From assembly GCA_015494595.1 (NCBI GenBank), contig WGAX01000183.1:1-42878 (forward strand): a stretch of DNA of 42,878 bases, given 5' to 3'. The notes under the pieces were generated by a model. It did not search any database and was not told where the DNA came from. It worked only from the letters and a program-made list of their open reading frames with translations. This document shows, piece after piece, positions 18,612 through 29,655 of the stretch. This DNA is from Nitratiruptor sp. Lineage in GTDB: Bacteria; Campylobacterota; Campylobacteria; Campylobacterales; Nitratiruptoraceae. Positions within the stretch are counted from its first letter, which is position 1; each line of letters opens with the position of its first letter. A program made the translations under genes and the position numbers.

Positions 18612-18917
18612 TTATCCTAAGAATGGATTTGCATAAAGTGCAATAAGTGCAATTACAAGCGTATAAATAACTTGCGCTTCAATCATCGCAAGTGCAATAA
18701 ACATTGTAGTCATAAGCTTACCGCCAAGTCCCGGGTTTCTTGCAGTTCCTGCAATTGTAGCAGCTGCAGTATGTCCCATACCGATACCACCACCTGCTGC
18801 AGCAATACCCAAACCAACACCAGCAGCCAATACGCTGTAAGCTTGAATCATACTCTCACCATCACCAGCAAATGCAAAGCCAGCAAATGCTACCAACAAA
18901 AGAAGCAACTTTTTCAT
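18612..18917 (-). CDS. atpE: F0F1 ATP synthase subunit c
   Basis: GxGxG helix, ARNP loop, catalytic Glu in MIEAQVIY and AGGAGG Shine-Dalgarno. Confidence 0.97.
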   Translation of the reverse strand: MKKLLLLLVAFAGFAFAGDGESMIQAYSVLAAGVGLGIAAAGGGIGMGHTAAATIAGTARNPGLGGKLMTTMFIALAMIEAQVIYTLVIALIALYANPFLG

Positions 18918-18994
18918 AAAATCCTCCTGATATATTTTGCAAAGTCCGTTCGGCTTGCGTGTCCCTACTTGTCACTTTGCAGTGCAATTCTACA

Positions 18995-19729
18995 CTAAAA
19001 ATTTTTAAAAATTATTGAAGTTTGAGTTTTTTTTTGCTGAATAAATTCCAATAATTGAGACATATAGGAGGAGATATTCTCCCATGGGTTCGCACCGTCT
19101 TGCTCAGTTACATAAACATATTGATATGTTGCTATATCACTTTTTACTCTTTGAAAATCATCAACTGCATGTAGCAAAATCGCACTCTTTGCTATTGTAC
19201 TTTTATTGGGTATGCTTTTTGAATGCTCTCGCACTACAATAATATCTGCTAGCCTTTCAAATCTCTTATCAATAAAAGTCCCCGGATTAAATACCACAAT
19301 TGAAAAGCTCTTTTTGATATACTTAGTTACATCTTCATAATACTTTAATGATCGTAAATCTGTACTAACTTCATCTATAAAAATACCATGAATACCCCAC
19401 CTTTTATACTCCCTCCAAGCATCAATGCGCCGCTTTAAAGATGTGAGATTTCTTCGAGCATAAGAGCTATAGACATAACCAAGAACAGTTATATTGGCAT
19501 CCTCAAGTGCTTTAATTGCAGAGGCAAAATTGGATTCTACCCTTGCAAAATCGCCATTGGCAGGATTAATAATGACCAAAAATTTAATAGTAGGATAGGC
19601 TCTTTTATATGCAATAAGCTTTTGGATTTTTGGATCGTTGTATGTTGGAAAATGGTAAAAAGGGATTAAAACCCCTTCCATTCCATATAGTGCTATGCTA
19701 AGCAAAAGTCCAAAAAAGATCTTACCCAT
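18995..19729 (-). CDS. spherulation-specific family 4 protein (GH135, Sph3-like alpha-1,4-GalNAc hydrolase), secreted
   Basis: Signal peptide plus LIPFYHFP, IINPANG, VLGYVYSSYARR, GIFIDE, VFNPG and ADIIVVRE, matching Spherulin-4. Confidence 0.85.
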   Translation of the reverse strand: MGKIFFGLLLSIALYGMEGVLIPFYHFPTYNDPKIQKLIAYKRAYPTIKFLVIINPANGDFARVESNFASAIKALEDANITVLGYVYSSYARRNLTSLKRRIDAWREYKRWGIHGIFIDEVSTDLRSLKYYEDVTKYIKKSFSIVVFNPGTFIDKRFERLADIIVVREHSKSIPNKSTIAKSAILLHAVDDFQRVKSDIATYQYVYVTEQDGANPWENISSYMSQLLEFIQQKKTQTSIIFKNF

Positions 19730-21926
19730 CTCTTTTAAAAACCTGCCTGAGTGCCAACTCTATCTTATGCCCTTTTTGGCTCAATACCTCCACTTCTACC
19801 TCATCCCCCTCTTCTACTACATCCTCAACTCTTTCTACTCTTCTAGCAGCAAGTTTGGAGATATGCAAAAGTCCATCTACGCCACCCGGAAGCTCTACAA
19901 AGGCTCCAAAAGAGGTGGTTCGCTTCACTCTGCCTTTTAAGATCTCTCCAGGCTCAAAAGTTACGGGCTGAGAAGTTGACTTTTTTGTAATATTTTCTAT
20001 ATGCTCGCAAGCTGCAATTACCTTTGGTCTATTTTTGCCCGTAACGCGCACTCTGCCCTTCTCTCTATCTATATCAATAGTTACTTCAAATTTTTCTATA
20101 ATCTCTTTAATAGTTTTACCCGCTTGACCAATAATATCAGCAATCTTGCTTGGATGTACAAAAATAGTCTCACTACTTGGGAGATTCTCCTCATTTATCT
20201 CGATTTTTTCCTCTGCTTTTTTCATAACATCAAGAATATAGACTCTTGCCTCCCTTGCTTGCACAAGTGCCTCTTGTAAAATTTCGTGCGCCACGCCTCC
20301 TAACTTTATATCCATCTGCATAGCTGTTATACCTTCACTTGTGCCTGCTACTTTAAAATCCATATCCCCATCGTGATCTTCTAATCCCATAATATCAGTT
20401 AAAATCGCATACTTTTCATCCTCTACCACCAAGCCCATTGCCACGCCGGCTACTAGATCTGCTAGCTCAATATTGGCTGCTCGCATAGCCAATGCTCCAC
20501 CACATACAGTAGCCATAGAGGAGGAGCCGTTGGATTCTAAAATCTCTGAAACCAAACGATAGGTCTTATCTTCTGGCACATCGACTACCGGCTCAAGAGC
20601 ACGCCTTGCCAAATTGCCGTGACCAAGCTCTCGTCTGCCAGGAGCTGTAATTGGCTTTGCCTCCCCTACACTAAAGGGAGGAAAGTTATAGTGCACCATA
20701 AAGTGCTCATACTCAGGTCCCTTACTTGTTAGCATCTCAAACATCTGTGCATCAGTCTTTTCACCAATGGTACAGACCACCAAAGCCTGTGTCTCTCCTC
20801 TTGTAAAGAGACACGAGCCGTGTGCAGAAGGAAGGATATTTGTTTTTATATCTATTGGCCTTACATCTTTAAGCCCTCTGCCATCTGCTCTTTTGCCCTC
20901 TTGTAAAATCATCTCTCTAACAATTTTTCGCTTATATTTCTCTACTACTTTATAAATAAGCTCATACTCCCAACCCTGCTCTTGTGCCACCTCATCTTCG
21001 GCAATCTTTTTGGCGATCTCTTTAAGAAGCTCGTTTCTTTCACTCTTTGCCATCGCAGTTATGGCATCTTTAATCTCATCTTTATAGATCTCATCAATAT
21101 AGAGCCAAAGCTCTTCATTAATTTTTTCAGGCTCTAAAGGCAGCTCTAACATCGGTTTAGCAATTTCAATAAAGTATTTCTCATACTCTTTACACTCTTG
21201 GATTAAAACCTCTTTACCCTCTTTAATAATCTGTGCCAGCTCCTCTTCAGGCATTGCATTGGGCTCTTTTACCATTATAACCTCTTCCGCCAATGTGGGA
21301 TCCATAAAGGGATCTATTGGCGTCGTAGGCACAACCTCTGTTCTATAGCTTCCAATAGCAGCCATCTCTATCATTAAAAGCTCTTCTGCCGTACCGGCTA
21401 AGTAGAGATCAAGTGTACTCTTTTTCAGCTCTTCTAGTGTGGGATTGTAAACAATATTGCCATCAATCTTGGCTACCCTTACTCCACTGACCGCCTTACG
21501 GATAGGAATATCAGAGATATATAGCGCTGCACTTGCAGCTTTTAGCGCCAATACCTGCAAATCGCTTTGGGCATCTGCGCTCAACACCATAACAGTAATT
21601 ACCACCGGATATAAAAATCCTTTTGGAAAAAGCGGACGCAATGCTCTATCTACTATACGGGCAGTTAAGGTCTCAAAGTCTCCTGGCTTTTGCTCTCTTT
21701 TTACAAATCCTCCGGGAATCTTGCCAGCTGCATAGCTTTTTTCAATATACTGTACCGTAAGGGGTAAAAAATCCTCTTCTACTGGCTCTTTTTCTATGAC
21801 AACAGTTGCCAACATCACAGTTTTACCACTTTTAAGCAGCACTGAGCCATTTGCCTGTCGTGCAACCTCTCCAAATTCATAAATCTCGTGTAGATTATTC
21901 ATCTCAAATTCAAAGCGACACTTCAT
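19722..21926 (-). CDS. pnp: polyribonucleotide nucleotidyltransferase
   Basis: Two RNase PH domains (RRELGHG, LESNGSSSMAT, DMDFKVAG), KH and S1 domains. Confidence 0.98.
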   Translation of the reverse strand: MKCRFEFEMNNLHEIYEFGEVARQANGSVLLKSGKTVMLATVVIEKEPVEEDFLPLTVQYIEKSYAAGKIPGGFVKREQKPGDFETLTARIVDRALRPLFPKGFLYPVVITVMVLSADAQSDLQVLALKAASAALYISDIPIRKAVSGVRVAKIDGNIVYNPTLEELKKSTLDLYLAGTAEELLMIEMAAIGSYRTEVVPTTPIDPFMDPTLAEEVIMVKEPNAMPEEELAQIIKEGKEVLIQECKEYEKYFIEIAKPMLELPLEPEKINEELWLYIDEIYKDEIKDAITAMAKSERNELLKEIAKKIAEDEVAQEQGWEYELIYKVVEKYKRKIVREMILQEGKRADGRGLKDVRPIDIKTNILPSAHGSCLFTRGETQALVVCTIGEKTDAQMFEMLTSKGPEYEHFMVHYNFPPFSVGEAKPITAPGRRELGHGNLARRALEPVVDVPEDKTYRLVSEILESNGSSSMATVCGGALAMRAANIELADLVAGVAMGLVVEDEKYAILTDIMGLEDHDGDMDFKVAGTSEGITAMQMDIKLGGVAHEILQEALVQAREARVYILDVMKKAEEKIEINEENLPSSETIFVHPSKIADIIGQAGKTIKEIIEKFEVTIDIDREKGRVRVTGKNRPKVIAACEHIENITKKSTSQPVTFEPGEILKGRVKRTTSFGAFVELPGGVDGLLHISKLAARRVERVEDVVEEGDEVEVEVLSQKGHKIELALRQVFKRDG

Positions 21927-21936
21927 CTACTTCCTT

Positions 21937-22212
21937 TCAAAATCGAAATTTTTCCTGATACTCTTTATGAGGAAACTGCCTTAAAATCTCCTCCTCTGAG
22001 AAACTAAATCGGTAATTTTCCATATACTTTTTAAGAATCTCATAGGCTCGATTTATTCTTGCCATAGCATCGTTACCATTTCCAACAATATCGGGATGAT
22101 ATTTTCTGCTCAGCTGTCTATAACGCTTTTTGAGGTCTATGTAAGAGATCATTGGAGGAAGCCCCAAAGTCTCTAGGGCTTCATGAATTAAACTTACTGG
22201 ATCTTCGCTCAT
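21937..22212 (-). CDS. small J-domain protein
   Basis: LKKRYRQLSRKYHPD and INRAYEIL. Confidence 0.85.
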   Translation of the reverse strand: MSEDPVSLIHEALETLGLPPMISYIDLKKRYRQLSRKYHPDIVGNGNDAMARINRAYEILKKYMENYRFSFSEEEILRQFPHKEYQEKFRF

Positions 22213-23675
22213 TTAATAAACGACCCCGCTCCACTCACAGTACCTAAAAGATACTTCATATCTTGATCGATAAAATCAAGCCCTAATCCTAGAAAAAAGT
22301 TCCTCGCTTTGCTATTAAGAATATTATCCACACCTATATAGGTATCTAAATGTTTTAAGAATCTATGTCGATAGGAGAGTGTTAGATGAGGCTCATCTCC
22401 TCGTACATCATTAACTGCATTAAAATCGTAAAGCTCTAAAGAGGCTTTACCCCGATCATTAAAAAGATAGTAATCTGCTCCTATTCCTCCAGTACTTTCA
22501 AAAAGACCTAAGCGAAAACGAAAATCTCCATAGCGTCTAGCATACTGCGCATCCACATAGTAATTAGTATCCTCATGCTTTTTAGGAGGTATGAAGTGTC
22601 CTTGTGAATCTCTTTGTGAATAATCATCACTTGCTACAACATTTAAAATATAGGCTTTATTGGGTGAAGGAATGTAACTAATACCAAAAATATTTTTATT
22701 ATAGCTATCTTTACTCATATAGTAGCTCTTAAAATTGACATCAATCTTACTTTTACCCACAGCAGAGAGATATTTATCCAACTTTTTAAAGGAGCTGCTC
22801 CCATTACTAAAAAACTGATCAGCAGATTTAATAGCACTAGAGAGAGGCTTTTTATTAGATTGTAAAATATCCTCTAAATCTGTCTCAATTTTAGCAAACT
22901 TTTCCATTAAGTGCGGCACTTTTTTCTTTGCATCTTTTCCAAGATCGCGCAAATAGAGCGTAAGCTCATCTACCCTTTTGAGAATAGCAGGAAGCTTTTT
23001 ATTAATCGTTTTTGCCGTATAAGAAAATTCATCACTCATACTGCCAAATTTTGCTCCCGCTTTTGCCAGCTCTTCACCCATCTTTTTGATATTTTCTATG
23101 CTTGCTTCTATATTTTGCTGATTTTTTTCAATAAGAGTTTTAAGATTTTCAGTAATTTTATGAAGATTCTCTATGCTCTTTTTAAGATCCTCTCCACTTG
23201 CTCCTGCAATAGAGCGGCGCAACTCACTGATAAATGCTTTAAACTCTTTTGCTGCTTCATTAATAGTAGTAGAGGTTTGATCAAAGGAGACATACTCTTT
23301 TTGGCGTCTCAGCACTCCCCCTTCTTGTACATACTCATTGGAATTACCAGGCTCAATAGATAAAAATTTGGTTCCAAGCAGGCTCTGCTGCTGTAAAGTC
23401 ACAATAGAGTCTTGTGGAATTTTTACCCCTTGATAGATAAAAAGCTCTGCTTTTACCCTTTTGCCCTCCAGCCCCAAACGCCTAACATACCCAACATCTA
23501 CACCTTTAATCTTAACTTTAGCATTACGCTCCAAACCGTTAGCATCATCTAATAAAGCATAAATTACATACCCTTTTTTCCCCACATTTGCAAACTTATT
23601 CACCTGCGTACTAAGTAAAAAGAGAAAAAAGAGGCCAATTGCTACAAACAATCCAACTTTTGCTTCTGTATTCAT
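22209..23675 (-). CDS. MlaD/MCE family protein with long helical region and beta-rich C-terminus
   Basis: EAKVGLF TM anchor, ANGLERNAKVKIKGVDVGYV and SLLGTKFLSIEPG. Confidence 0.88.
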   Translation of the reverse strand: MNTEAKVGLFVAIGLFFLFLLSTQVNKFANVGKKGYVIYALLDDANGLERNAKVKIKGVDVGYVRRLGLEGKRVKAELFIYQGVKIPQDSIVTLQQQSLLGTKFLSIEPGNSNEYVQEGGVLRRQKEYVSFDQTSTTINEAAKEFKAFISELRRSIAGASGEDLKKSIENLHKITENLKTLIEKNQQNIEASIENIKKMGEELAKAGAKFGSMSDEFSYTAKTINKKLPAILKRVDELTLYLRDLGKDAKKKVPHLMEKFAKIETDLEDILQSNKKPLSSAIKSADQFFSNGSSSFKKLDKYLSAVGKSKIDVNFKSYYMSKDSYNKNIFGISYIPSPNKAYILNVVASDDYSQRDSQGHFIPPKKHEDTNYYVDAQYARRYGDFRFRLGLFESTGGIGADYYLFNDRGKASLELYDFNAVNDVRGDEPHLTLSYRHRFLKHLDTYIGVDNILNSKARNFFLGLGLDFIDQDMKYLLGTVSGAGSFIK

Positions 23676-23678
23676 CCC

Positions 23679-25751
23679 TTACAATACCTTTTGTGTTTCT
23701 GTATCAATTATGGAGTTTGCAATACCTCCTAAGGGATAGAGCTCTATTCTAAAAAAGACTACATTATTCTCATATGATCGACTACCCTCACTACTTAAAA
23801 TTGGTAATACCTCTCTTTTATAGCTTATCTCATATCCCCAACATTTTTTATGCATACTCCAGCCTACACTCCAACTCCGAGCATTATTATCTTTAATGTC
23901 AAAATCTATTGTAGCAAATAGTTTATATTTTTTTGATAAAGCCGTACTCCCTTTAAAGCGTATAAAATTGGAATCTCTCTCTCCTTTTACCCTATTTTTA
24001 TAAAAATGACTCAAAAAAAGCTCATAACGTGGATCACGATAGGTTAGGGTTGTGGCAATAGAGGTAAAAGTGGAGCGGGTATGAGAATAGAAAATATCGC
24101 TATTGAAGGTAAAATCTTTCCACTTGATCCCAATCTCATTTTCCAAATCTCCAAACTTGTCACTCTCATCATAAAAAATAGGCTGTGCCAATCTGTGATA
24201 TAATCGCTCTTGGCCATCTCCCTCATAAAAATATTGTTGCAAACTCAAAACAACTCTTTTGCTTTTATCCTCAATATTAATAAAAGGCGCTTGATCACCT
24301 CTTGTTTTTTCATAACTTGGTATAAAAAAAGTAGCATCAAGATGCAGCGTATGCAAAAAGCTAGGATAGCGCTTTATAAGATCACTAAAAAGGCTAATCC
24401 TATGCTCATTACGATATACATAGCTATTTTTCCACTTTTTATTAAGATTCTTCTTGACAAAATTATAATCTGCATAATCGGCAAAAAGATTTTCACTAAT
24501 GGCAAATCCCACATAATCATCAAAAAGCGAATAGTGAAAGGTAATGGGAATATTGAGTTTATACTCTAAAGCATTAAGCCCTTTATCCCTATAAAAATGG
24601 TTAATCATCGCATCTACATTATAAGAGAGATAATTAGTAAAAATAGGAGTCTCATATTTGTGATAGTGCAAAGCTGGCATCAGCTGCAAGGTTGCAGAGT
24701 TACTAACTTTTCTATTATCCTTAAAATACTTTGTATAGATTGCAAAATAGTGGGTATTGTAGTTATAGATATAATTGAGGCGAGATGTAATTTGACTATC
24801 AATACCCTCTACTAATCTATTCTTTTGCAAGTTAAAGTAATCTACATCATTATAGCTTTTTATATCAACATAGAGTCCATCATTCTCATAAACATTGTGG
24901 GCAGATGTAAAGAGATTTGTACGCTTATAAAAAATTTCAGCACCATAGTGCTTATCATTTTTTAATCTTTTCCCTCTTGCATAGCTGCTCTTTTCATCAA
25001 AATATCCAAGTCTTATAGATCCAAATGAGTATAAAGAGTCTACAAAACGGAATGTAGAGTAGATTCCATATCCACGCTTTGTACGGATTTGGGGCTCAAT
25101 TTCTAAATCCCACCAAGGCTTAGGAGCAAAATAGATAGGCTGCAAATAGACAAAGCCCTCATCTTCTGAAAAGCCCATTTTTGGCTTTAAAAGACCAGAA
25201 TGGCGCTTTCTAAAGGTAGAAAACCCTATATAAGGCAGATAGAGAATAGGATAATCCCCTAAATAGAGACGGACTCCATGAAGATCCACCCACTGCTTTT
25301 GCCGATCCAAAAGACCATCTTTAAAATAGAAACGCCAATCGCTGCATCTTACATCACAACTCGATATAAAAGCGTTTCGTAGTGTAACTTTAGGTTTTTG
25401 TACCTTTGCACTTGTAGCTGCTGCCCATACTTTTGTACTGTATTCAGTAAAAAAGATAGGAGTTGCTAACAGTTTTTCATTATAGAGATCCAAAATTGCA
25501 AAGTCGCTTAAAAATGTATATGTAGCATCTTTTATCAAAGAGACATTGCCAAAAAGCTTTACAATCCCCTTTGCTTTGTCATACTCTGCACGCTCTGCTT
25601 CAATATGGTAATCTTTATACTCTACAACTACTCTTTTTTGAGCTTTTACACTCTCTTTAGCTGCCTCCACTTCATAAGAGTAGATACGCAATGCCTCTTT
25701 TGCATAGAGTGCCCCAGCAAGAGATAAGGAGAGAAAAAATTTACGAAACAT
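23679..25751 (-). CDS. lptD: LPS assembly protein LptD
   Basis: Signal peptide, OstA-like N-terminal domain, SSC...[17 protein letters not shown]-terminal CW and terminal beta-strands. Confidence 0.9.
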   Translation of the reverse strand: MFRKFFLSLSLAGALYAKEALRIYSYEVEAAKESVKAQKRVVVEYKDYHIEAERAEYDKAKGIVKLFGNVSLIKDATYTFLSDFAILDLYNEKLLATPIFFTEYSTKVWAAATSAKVQKPKVTLRNAFISSCDVRCSDWRFYFKDGLLDRQKQWVDLHGVRLYLGDYPILYLPYIGFSTFRKRHSGLLKPKMGFSEDEGFVYLQPIYFAPKPWWDLEIEPQIRTKRGYGIYSTFRFVDSLYSFGSIRLGYFDEKSSYARGKRLKNDKHYGAEIFYKRTNLFTSAHNVYENDGLYVDIKSYNDVDYFNLQKNRLVEGIDSQITSRLNYIYNYNTHYFAIYTKYFKDNRKVSNSATLQLMPALHYHKYETPIFTNYLSYNVDAMINHFYRDKGLNALEYKLNIPITFHYSLFDDYVGFAISENLFADYADYNFVKKNLNKKWKNSYVYRNEHRISLFSDLIKRYPSFLHTLHLDATFFIPSYEKTRGDQAPFINIEDKSKRVVLSLQQYFYEGDGQERLYHRLAQPIFYDESDKFGDLENEIGIKWKDFTFNSDIFYSHTRSTFTSIATTLTYRDPRYELFLSHFYKNRVKGERDSNFIRFKGSTALSKKYKLFATIDFDIKDNNARSWSVGWSMHKKCWGYEISYKREVLPILSSEGSRSYENNVVFFRIELYPLGGIANSIIDTETQKVL

Positions 25752-27021
25752 CGGCTTGCAATGCTTGATAAGCTATATCTGCTCTAAACTTTTTACCGGC
25801 AAAATGCACTTGGCCTGTTAATAAATAGGCATAATCTCTTGCTTCTTGAATCGTATCTCCTATACCTACACACACAAGCACTCTTCCTCCTGTTGCATAA
25901 AGTTTTCCTTCTATTAAGCTCACTCCTGCAAAGCAGATATGTGCATGTTCTTTGAGATCTCCATGCACAATATCATCAATAATAATTTCACTAGGTTTAC
26001 TCTTACCATAAGGGTAGTTTTGGCTTGCAACCACTACACCTACAGCATATTTATCAAAAAACTCTATATCTACACTCTTTAAATCTTTAGTAGCTGCTTT
26101 ATAGAAAAGCTCACTTGCAGGAGTTTTAAGCAGAGGCATCAGCACTTCACACTCTGGATCACCAAAGCGCACATTAAATTCCAATACATAAGGCTCCCCA
26201 TTTACAATCATAAGCCCCGCAAACAGCACTCCCTCAAATGGTGTTTCTTCTTTTGCCATTCCTTCAATCGTTGGAGCGATAATACGCTCTTCAATCTTTT
26301 TATAGAGCTTCTCATCTATGAGCGGCGTAGGCGCATAAGCCCCCATACCTCCCGTATTTGGTCCTTTATCACCATCTAAAAGACGCTTATGATCTTGGGC
26401 TGCTGGAAGAATTGTGTAATCTTTGCCATCGCTTATTGCAAAAATACTTAACTCATATCCATCTAAAAACTCTTCAACAATAACTCTCTCTCCCGCTGGC
26501 CCAAAAGCCTCTCCACTGAGCATTTTAGCAGCTGCCTCTTTTGCCTCTTGGCGTGTCTGGGCAATAATAACCCCTTTGCCAGCACAAAGCCCATCAGCTT
26601 TGACGACAATAGGAGGGCTCAATTCATCAATAAACTCTGCTGCCTCTTCCATAAGGGAGGTTTCAATATATCTAGCTGTTGGAATATTATATTTTTTTAA
26701 GAAGTTTTTCATAAAGATTTTTGAGCCCTCAAGAAGAGCTGCTTTTTGGGAAGGTCCAAAGATAGTTAAGCCCTGCTCTTTAAAAATATCTACTATACCC
26801 TCTACCAAAGGTGCTTCAGGACCTACAATTGTCAAATCAACAGAGCGCTCTTTGGCAAACTGGGCAAGCTCATTATAATCACTAATATCTACATTTTCTC
26901 CAAGCTCCAAGGTAGCACCATTACCAGGAGCAAAAAAGATCTCTTCTACACTCTTATCTCTTTTCAGTGCCAATCCTATGGCATACTCTCTACCGCCGCT
27001 TCCAACCACCATAACTATCAT
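25741..27021 (-). CDS. purD: phosphoribosylamine--glycine ligase
   Basis: [28 protein letters not shown] and [10 protein letters not shown]. True start is ATG 27021; the track's upstream extension lies in the RNA leader. Confidence 0.97.
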   Translation of the reverse strand: MIVMVVGSGGREYAIGLALKRDKSVEEIFFAPGNGATLELGENVDISDYNELAQFAKERSVDLTIVGPEAPLVEGIVDIFKEQGLTIFGPSQKAALLEGSKIFMKNFLKKYNIPTARYIETSLMEEAAEFIDELSPPIVVKADGLCAGKGVIIAQTRQEAKEAAAKMLSGEAFGPAGERVIVEEFLDGYELSIFAISDGKDYTILPAAQDHKRLLDGDKGPNTGGMGAYAPTPLIDEKLYKKIEERIIAPTIEGMAKEETPFEGVLFAGLMIVNGEPYVLEFNVRFGDPECEVLMPLLKTPASELFYKAATKDLKSVDIEFFDKYAVGVVVASQNYPYGKSKPSEIIIDDIVHGDLKEHAHICFAGVSLIEGKLYATGGRVLVCVGIGDTIQEARDYAYLLTGQVHFAGKKFRADIAYQALQADVS

Positions 27022-27161
27022 AATAAAATGCCTTTTAGCTTGATACTCCACCGCGTAAACGAGGTGGATTCCCGCTCCCCTAAGCGACCTTAGGTTGCTG
27101 ACGGGCATTTTAGGTCAGGTGTATCCCACCTTGACCGACGGCTTTGGTTTTTGACCGTCAT
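27022..27161 (-). promoter_or_regulatory. structured purD 5' leader (candidate cis-regulatory RNA)
   Basis: TATAAT at 27167-27172, five hairpin/helix elements and a 9-bp inverted repeat that overlaps the Shine-Dalgarno. Confidence 0.55.
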
Positions 27162-27194
27162 TGAGTATTATACAAAAAAATTAGACTACGCCTG

Positions 27195-27244
27195 AATGAC
27201 CTTATATCCATCACCGGAAGGAGGTGGTTTTACGGTCATTTTTT
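27195..27244 (+). terminator. hairpin with GGAA tetraloop and T-run (terminator-like)
   Basis: AATGACC...CCATCACC-GGAA-GGAGGTGG...GGTCATT followed by TTTT. Confidence 0.4.
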
Positions 27245-27255
27245 GATAAATAGCA

Positions 27256-27442
27256 AAAGCCCAAGCGGGCGTTCACGCAATGCAATGGTCCCTTAGACCA
27301 AAGAAGAGGGAGCGAGCTTTGGATTAGGCGGCGGCTTTATGGGCCCCGCTAAAGTCGCCGACACACACCAAAGACTACAGACCTCCCTCAATAGTGCGAT
27401 TGTCGGACCCCCATACTGCGGGTAGCGCACCGCTCAGGCTTT
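27256..27442 (-). ncRNA. ssrS: 6S RNA (the 'purD motif' RNA of Campylobacterota)
   Basis: About 187-nt rod closed by AAAGCCTGAGCGG / CCGCTTGGGCTTT. TGCTATAAT promoter at 27448-27456. Location upstream of purD matches the known 6S locus of this phylum. Confidence 0.85.
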
Positions 27443-27469
27443 ATGTAATTATAGCAAAATTCTGCCAAT

Positions 27470-28099
27470 TTATACTTTTTTTTGCAAACTATCCACAATC
27501 TCTTGTAAACTCATCTGCTCAAAGAGTATATAAAAGATATTTTTTGGCATAGCGCTAGCACTCTTCTTGCCAATTACTACAGCCCTATAACTGCTATCCC
27601 ACTCAAAACAGCCAAAGAAGCAGCGAATAGTAGAAGGTGAAGAGAAAATAATGGTGGAGCCTTTTGGAGGAGGCTCTACTCTATCACACTCTTGGCACAG
27701 AGTCTCATAGATAACTGCCTCTTTAACATCCAATCCCAACTCTTTGGCAATAGCTGCTATATCGGTAGCCACCCTTTTAGGACGCAGATATAAAAATTTA
27801 GCACCTTTAAATCTTTTAGCTACCTCTTTAATAAAATCTTTGCCATAAAAGCTTTTTGCCACAAAAGCCACTTTTCCACCTAGCTGCTCTATGGTTTTAG
27901 CAGTAGCTTTGCCAATGGCCAAAGAGGGGATAGTTTTCCAACTATCAGTATAGTAGTTGATCGCTTTAACGCCGTTTTTGGAGGTAAAGAGCAAGTAATC
28001 GTAGGCAGCAATATCCACAGAGGGGGGAAAGTAACGCTGCCAGATTACTGGCAGCTTTTTTGCCCCTTGAATATCTGTATCAGAGAGGATATAGATCAC
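27470..28099 (-). CDS. hemD: uroporphyrinogen-III synthase
   Basis: [20 protein letters not shown] and [15 protein letters not shown] start overlaps the guaA stop. Confidence 0.88.
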   Translation of the reverse strand: MIYILSDTDIQGAKKLPVIWQRYFPPSVDIAAYDYLLFTSKNGVKAINYYTDSWKTIPSLAIGKATAKTIEQLGGKVAFVAKSFYGKDFIKEVAKRFKGAKFLYLRPKRVATDIAAIAKELGLDVKEAVIYETLCQECDRVEPPPKGSTIIFSSPSTIRCFFGCFEWDSSYRAVVIGKKSASAMPKNIFYILFEQMSLQEIVDSLQKKV

Positions 28100-29646
28100 T
28101 CCCACTCTATCGTTCCTGGCGGTTTGGAGGTAATATCAAAAACCACTCTATTAATGCCATCTACTTCATTGATAATACGATTGCTTATTAGCTCTAACAG
28201 ATCGTGAGGGATATGGGCAAAGGTTGCAGTCATCCCGTCACTGCTTTCAACTATACGCAAAGCTACCGTATTTTCATAGGTTCTTTTGTCTCCCATAACT
28301 CCAACGCTTTTGACATTAAGCAGCACTGCAAAACTTTGCCAAAGCTTCTCATAGAGTCCGTGGGCTTTAATCTCCTCTAACAAAATGGTATCAGCCCTTC
28401 GCACAAGCTCCAAAGCTTTTGGTGTAACCTCTCCCAAAATCCTAATAGCAAGTCCTGGTCCTGGAAATGGGTGGCGATAGACCATCTCTTTTGGAAGTCC
28501 AAGCTCTAAACCTAACTTTCTTACCTCATCTTTAAAAAGCTCTCTAAGCGGCTCAATAAGCTCAAACTGCATCCAATCAGGAAGCCCCCCCACATTGTGA
28601 TGCGATTTGATTGTCTGGCTAGGACCTTTGACTGAGACCGATTCAATCACATCTGGATAGAGGGTGCCTTGGGCTAAATATTTTACATCTTTATGCTTTT
28701 TGGCCTCCTCTTCAAACACCTCTATAAATGTGTGTCCTATAATCTTTCTTTTTTGCTCTGGATCTGTTACACCTTTTAAAGCATCTAAAAAGCGCCTCTT
28801 TGCATCAATGACTATAAGAGGGACTTTAAGAAGGCTCTTAAACACATATTCTACTTTCTCTCTTTCTCCCTCTCTTAGTAATCCATTATCTACAAAGACA
28901 GGAATAAGCTGATTGCCAATCGCTTCATACAATAAAGCTGTTACTACCGAGCTATCCACTCCCCCACTCAAAGCGCACAACACCTTATCTTTGCCAACCC
29001 TTTGGCGAATCTTTTCAATCTGCTCTTTGGCAAAGTGTCCCATATCCCAATCGGGCTTGACTTTTGCAATATTGATGGCAAAGTTTTGCAAAATTTTTGC
29101 ACCCTCTTCGGAATGGGAGACTTCTGGGTGAAATTGCAGCGCATAAATAGCTTTTTCCTCATTGGCGATGGCAGCATAAGGAGAGTTGTCTGTATGAGCG
29201 ATTTTGACAAACCCTTCTGGCAGCTTCACCACCTTATCACCGTGACTCATCCATACAATCTGCCCATCTCTTGTACCCTCAAATAGAGGAGAAACTCTGC
29301 CGTGGAGGGGATCAAAATAGAGCTTTGCCTTGCCATATTCGTGCTCCAAAGCCCTTATCACTTCACCACCAAAATCGGTAGCAATGAGCTGCATTCCATA
29401 ACAGATCCCAAGAATTGGAATACCAAGCTCATAAATTTCTCTATCCACCTTTGGAGCATCCTCTTCATAGACACTTGCAGGCCCCCCGCTAAAGATTATA
29501 CCTTGAGGAGATTTTTCTTTTATCTTTTCTATATCTTCAAAATAGGGGTAAATTTCGCAATAGACTCCACCCTCTCTGAGCCTTCTAGCAATAAGTTGCG
29601 TATACTGGCTTCCAAAATCCAAGATTACTATTGGCACCTTTTGCAT
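28096..29646 (-). CDS. guaA: GMP synthase (glutamine-hydrolysing)
   Basis: LDFGSQY, GICYGMQ, QFHPEV, SGGVDS and KPPGTIEWE. Confidence 0.98.
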   Translation of the reverse strand: MQKVPIVILDFGSQYTQLIARRLREGGVYCEIYPYFEDIEKIKEKSPQGIIFSGGPASVYEEDAPKVDREIYELGIPILGICYGMQLIATDFGGEVIRALEHEYGKAKLYFDPLHGRVSPLFEGTRDGQIVWMSHGDKVVKLPEGFVKIAHTDNSPYAAIANEEKAIYALQFHPEVSHSEEGAKILQNFAINIAKVKPDWDMGHFAKEQIEKIRQRVGKDKVLCALSGGVDSSVVTALLYEAIGNQLIPVFVDNGLLREGEREKVEYVFKSLLKVPLIVIDAKRRFLDALKGVTDPEQKRKIIGHTFIEVFEEEAKKHKDVKYLAQGTLYPDVIESVSVKGPSQTIKSHHNVGGLPDWMQFELIEPLRELFKDEVRKLGLELGLPKEMVYRHPFPGPGLAIRILGEVTPKALELVRRADTILLEEIKAHGLYEKLWQSFAVLLNVKSVGVMGDKRTYENTVALRIVESSDGMTATFAHIPHDLLELISNRIINEVDGINRVVFDITSKPPGTIEWE

Positions 29647-29655
29647 CTACTTCCT

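Noticed and set aside
18867-18917. Signal-peptide-like N-terminus and isolated position of atpE
   Set aside because: Both are normal for Campylobacterota subunit c.
21260-21360. Pro/acidic insertion in PNPase (and a similar insert in the Lon protease domain near 39980-40060)
   Set aside because: These are short in-frame loops without intein motifs, probably lineage-typical.
27022-27108. N-terminal extension of PurD in the ORF track
   Set aside because: PurD homology begins at [12 protein letters not shown] (27021); the extension lies in the structured leader.
27040-27445. RNase P RNA, SRP RNA or tmRNA in the GC-rich intergenic region
   Set aside because: There is no GAGGAAAGTCC, no complete SRP helix-8 motif (only CCGGAAGGA) and no tmRNA-like ends. 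6S RNA fits the size, fold and position.
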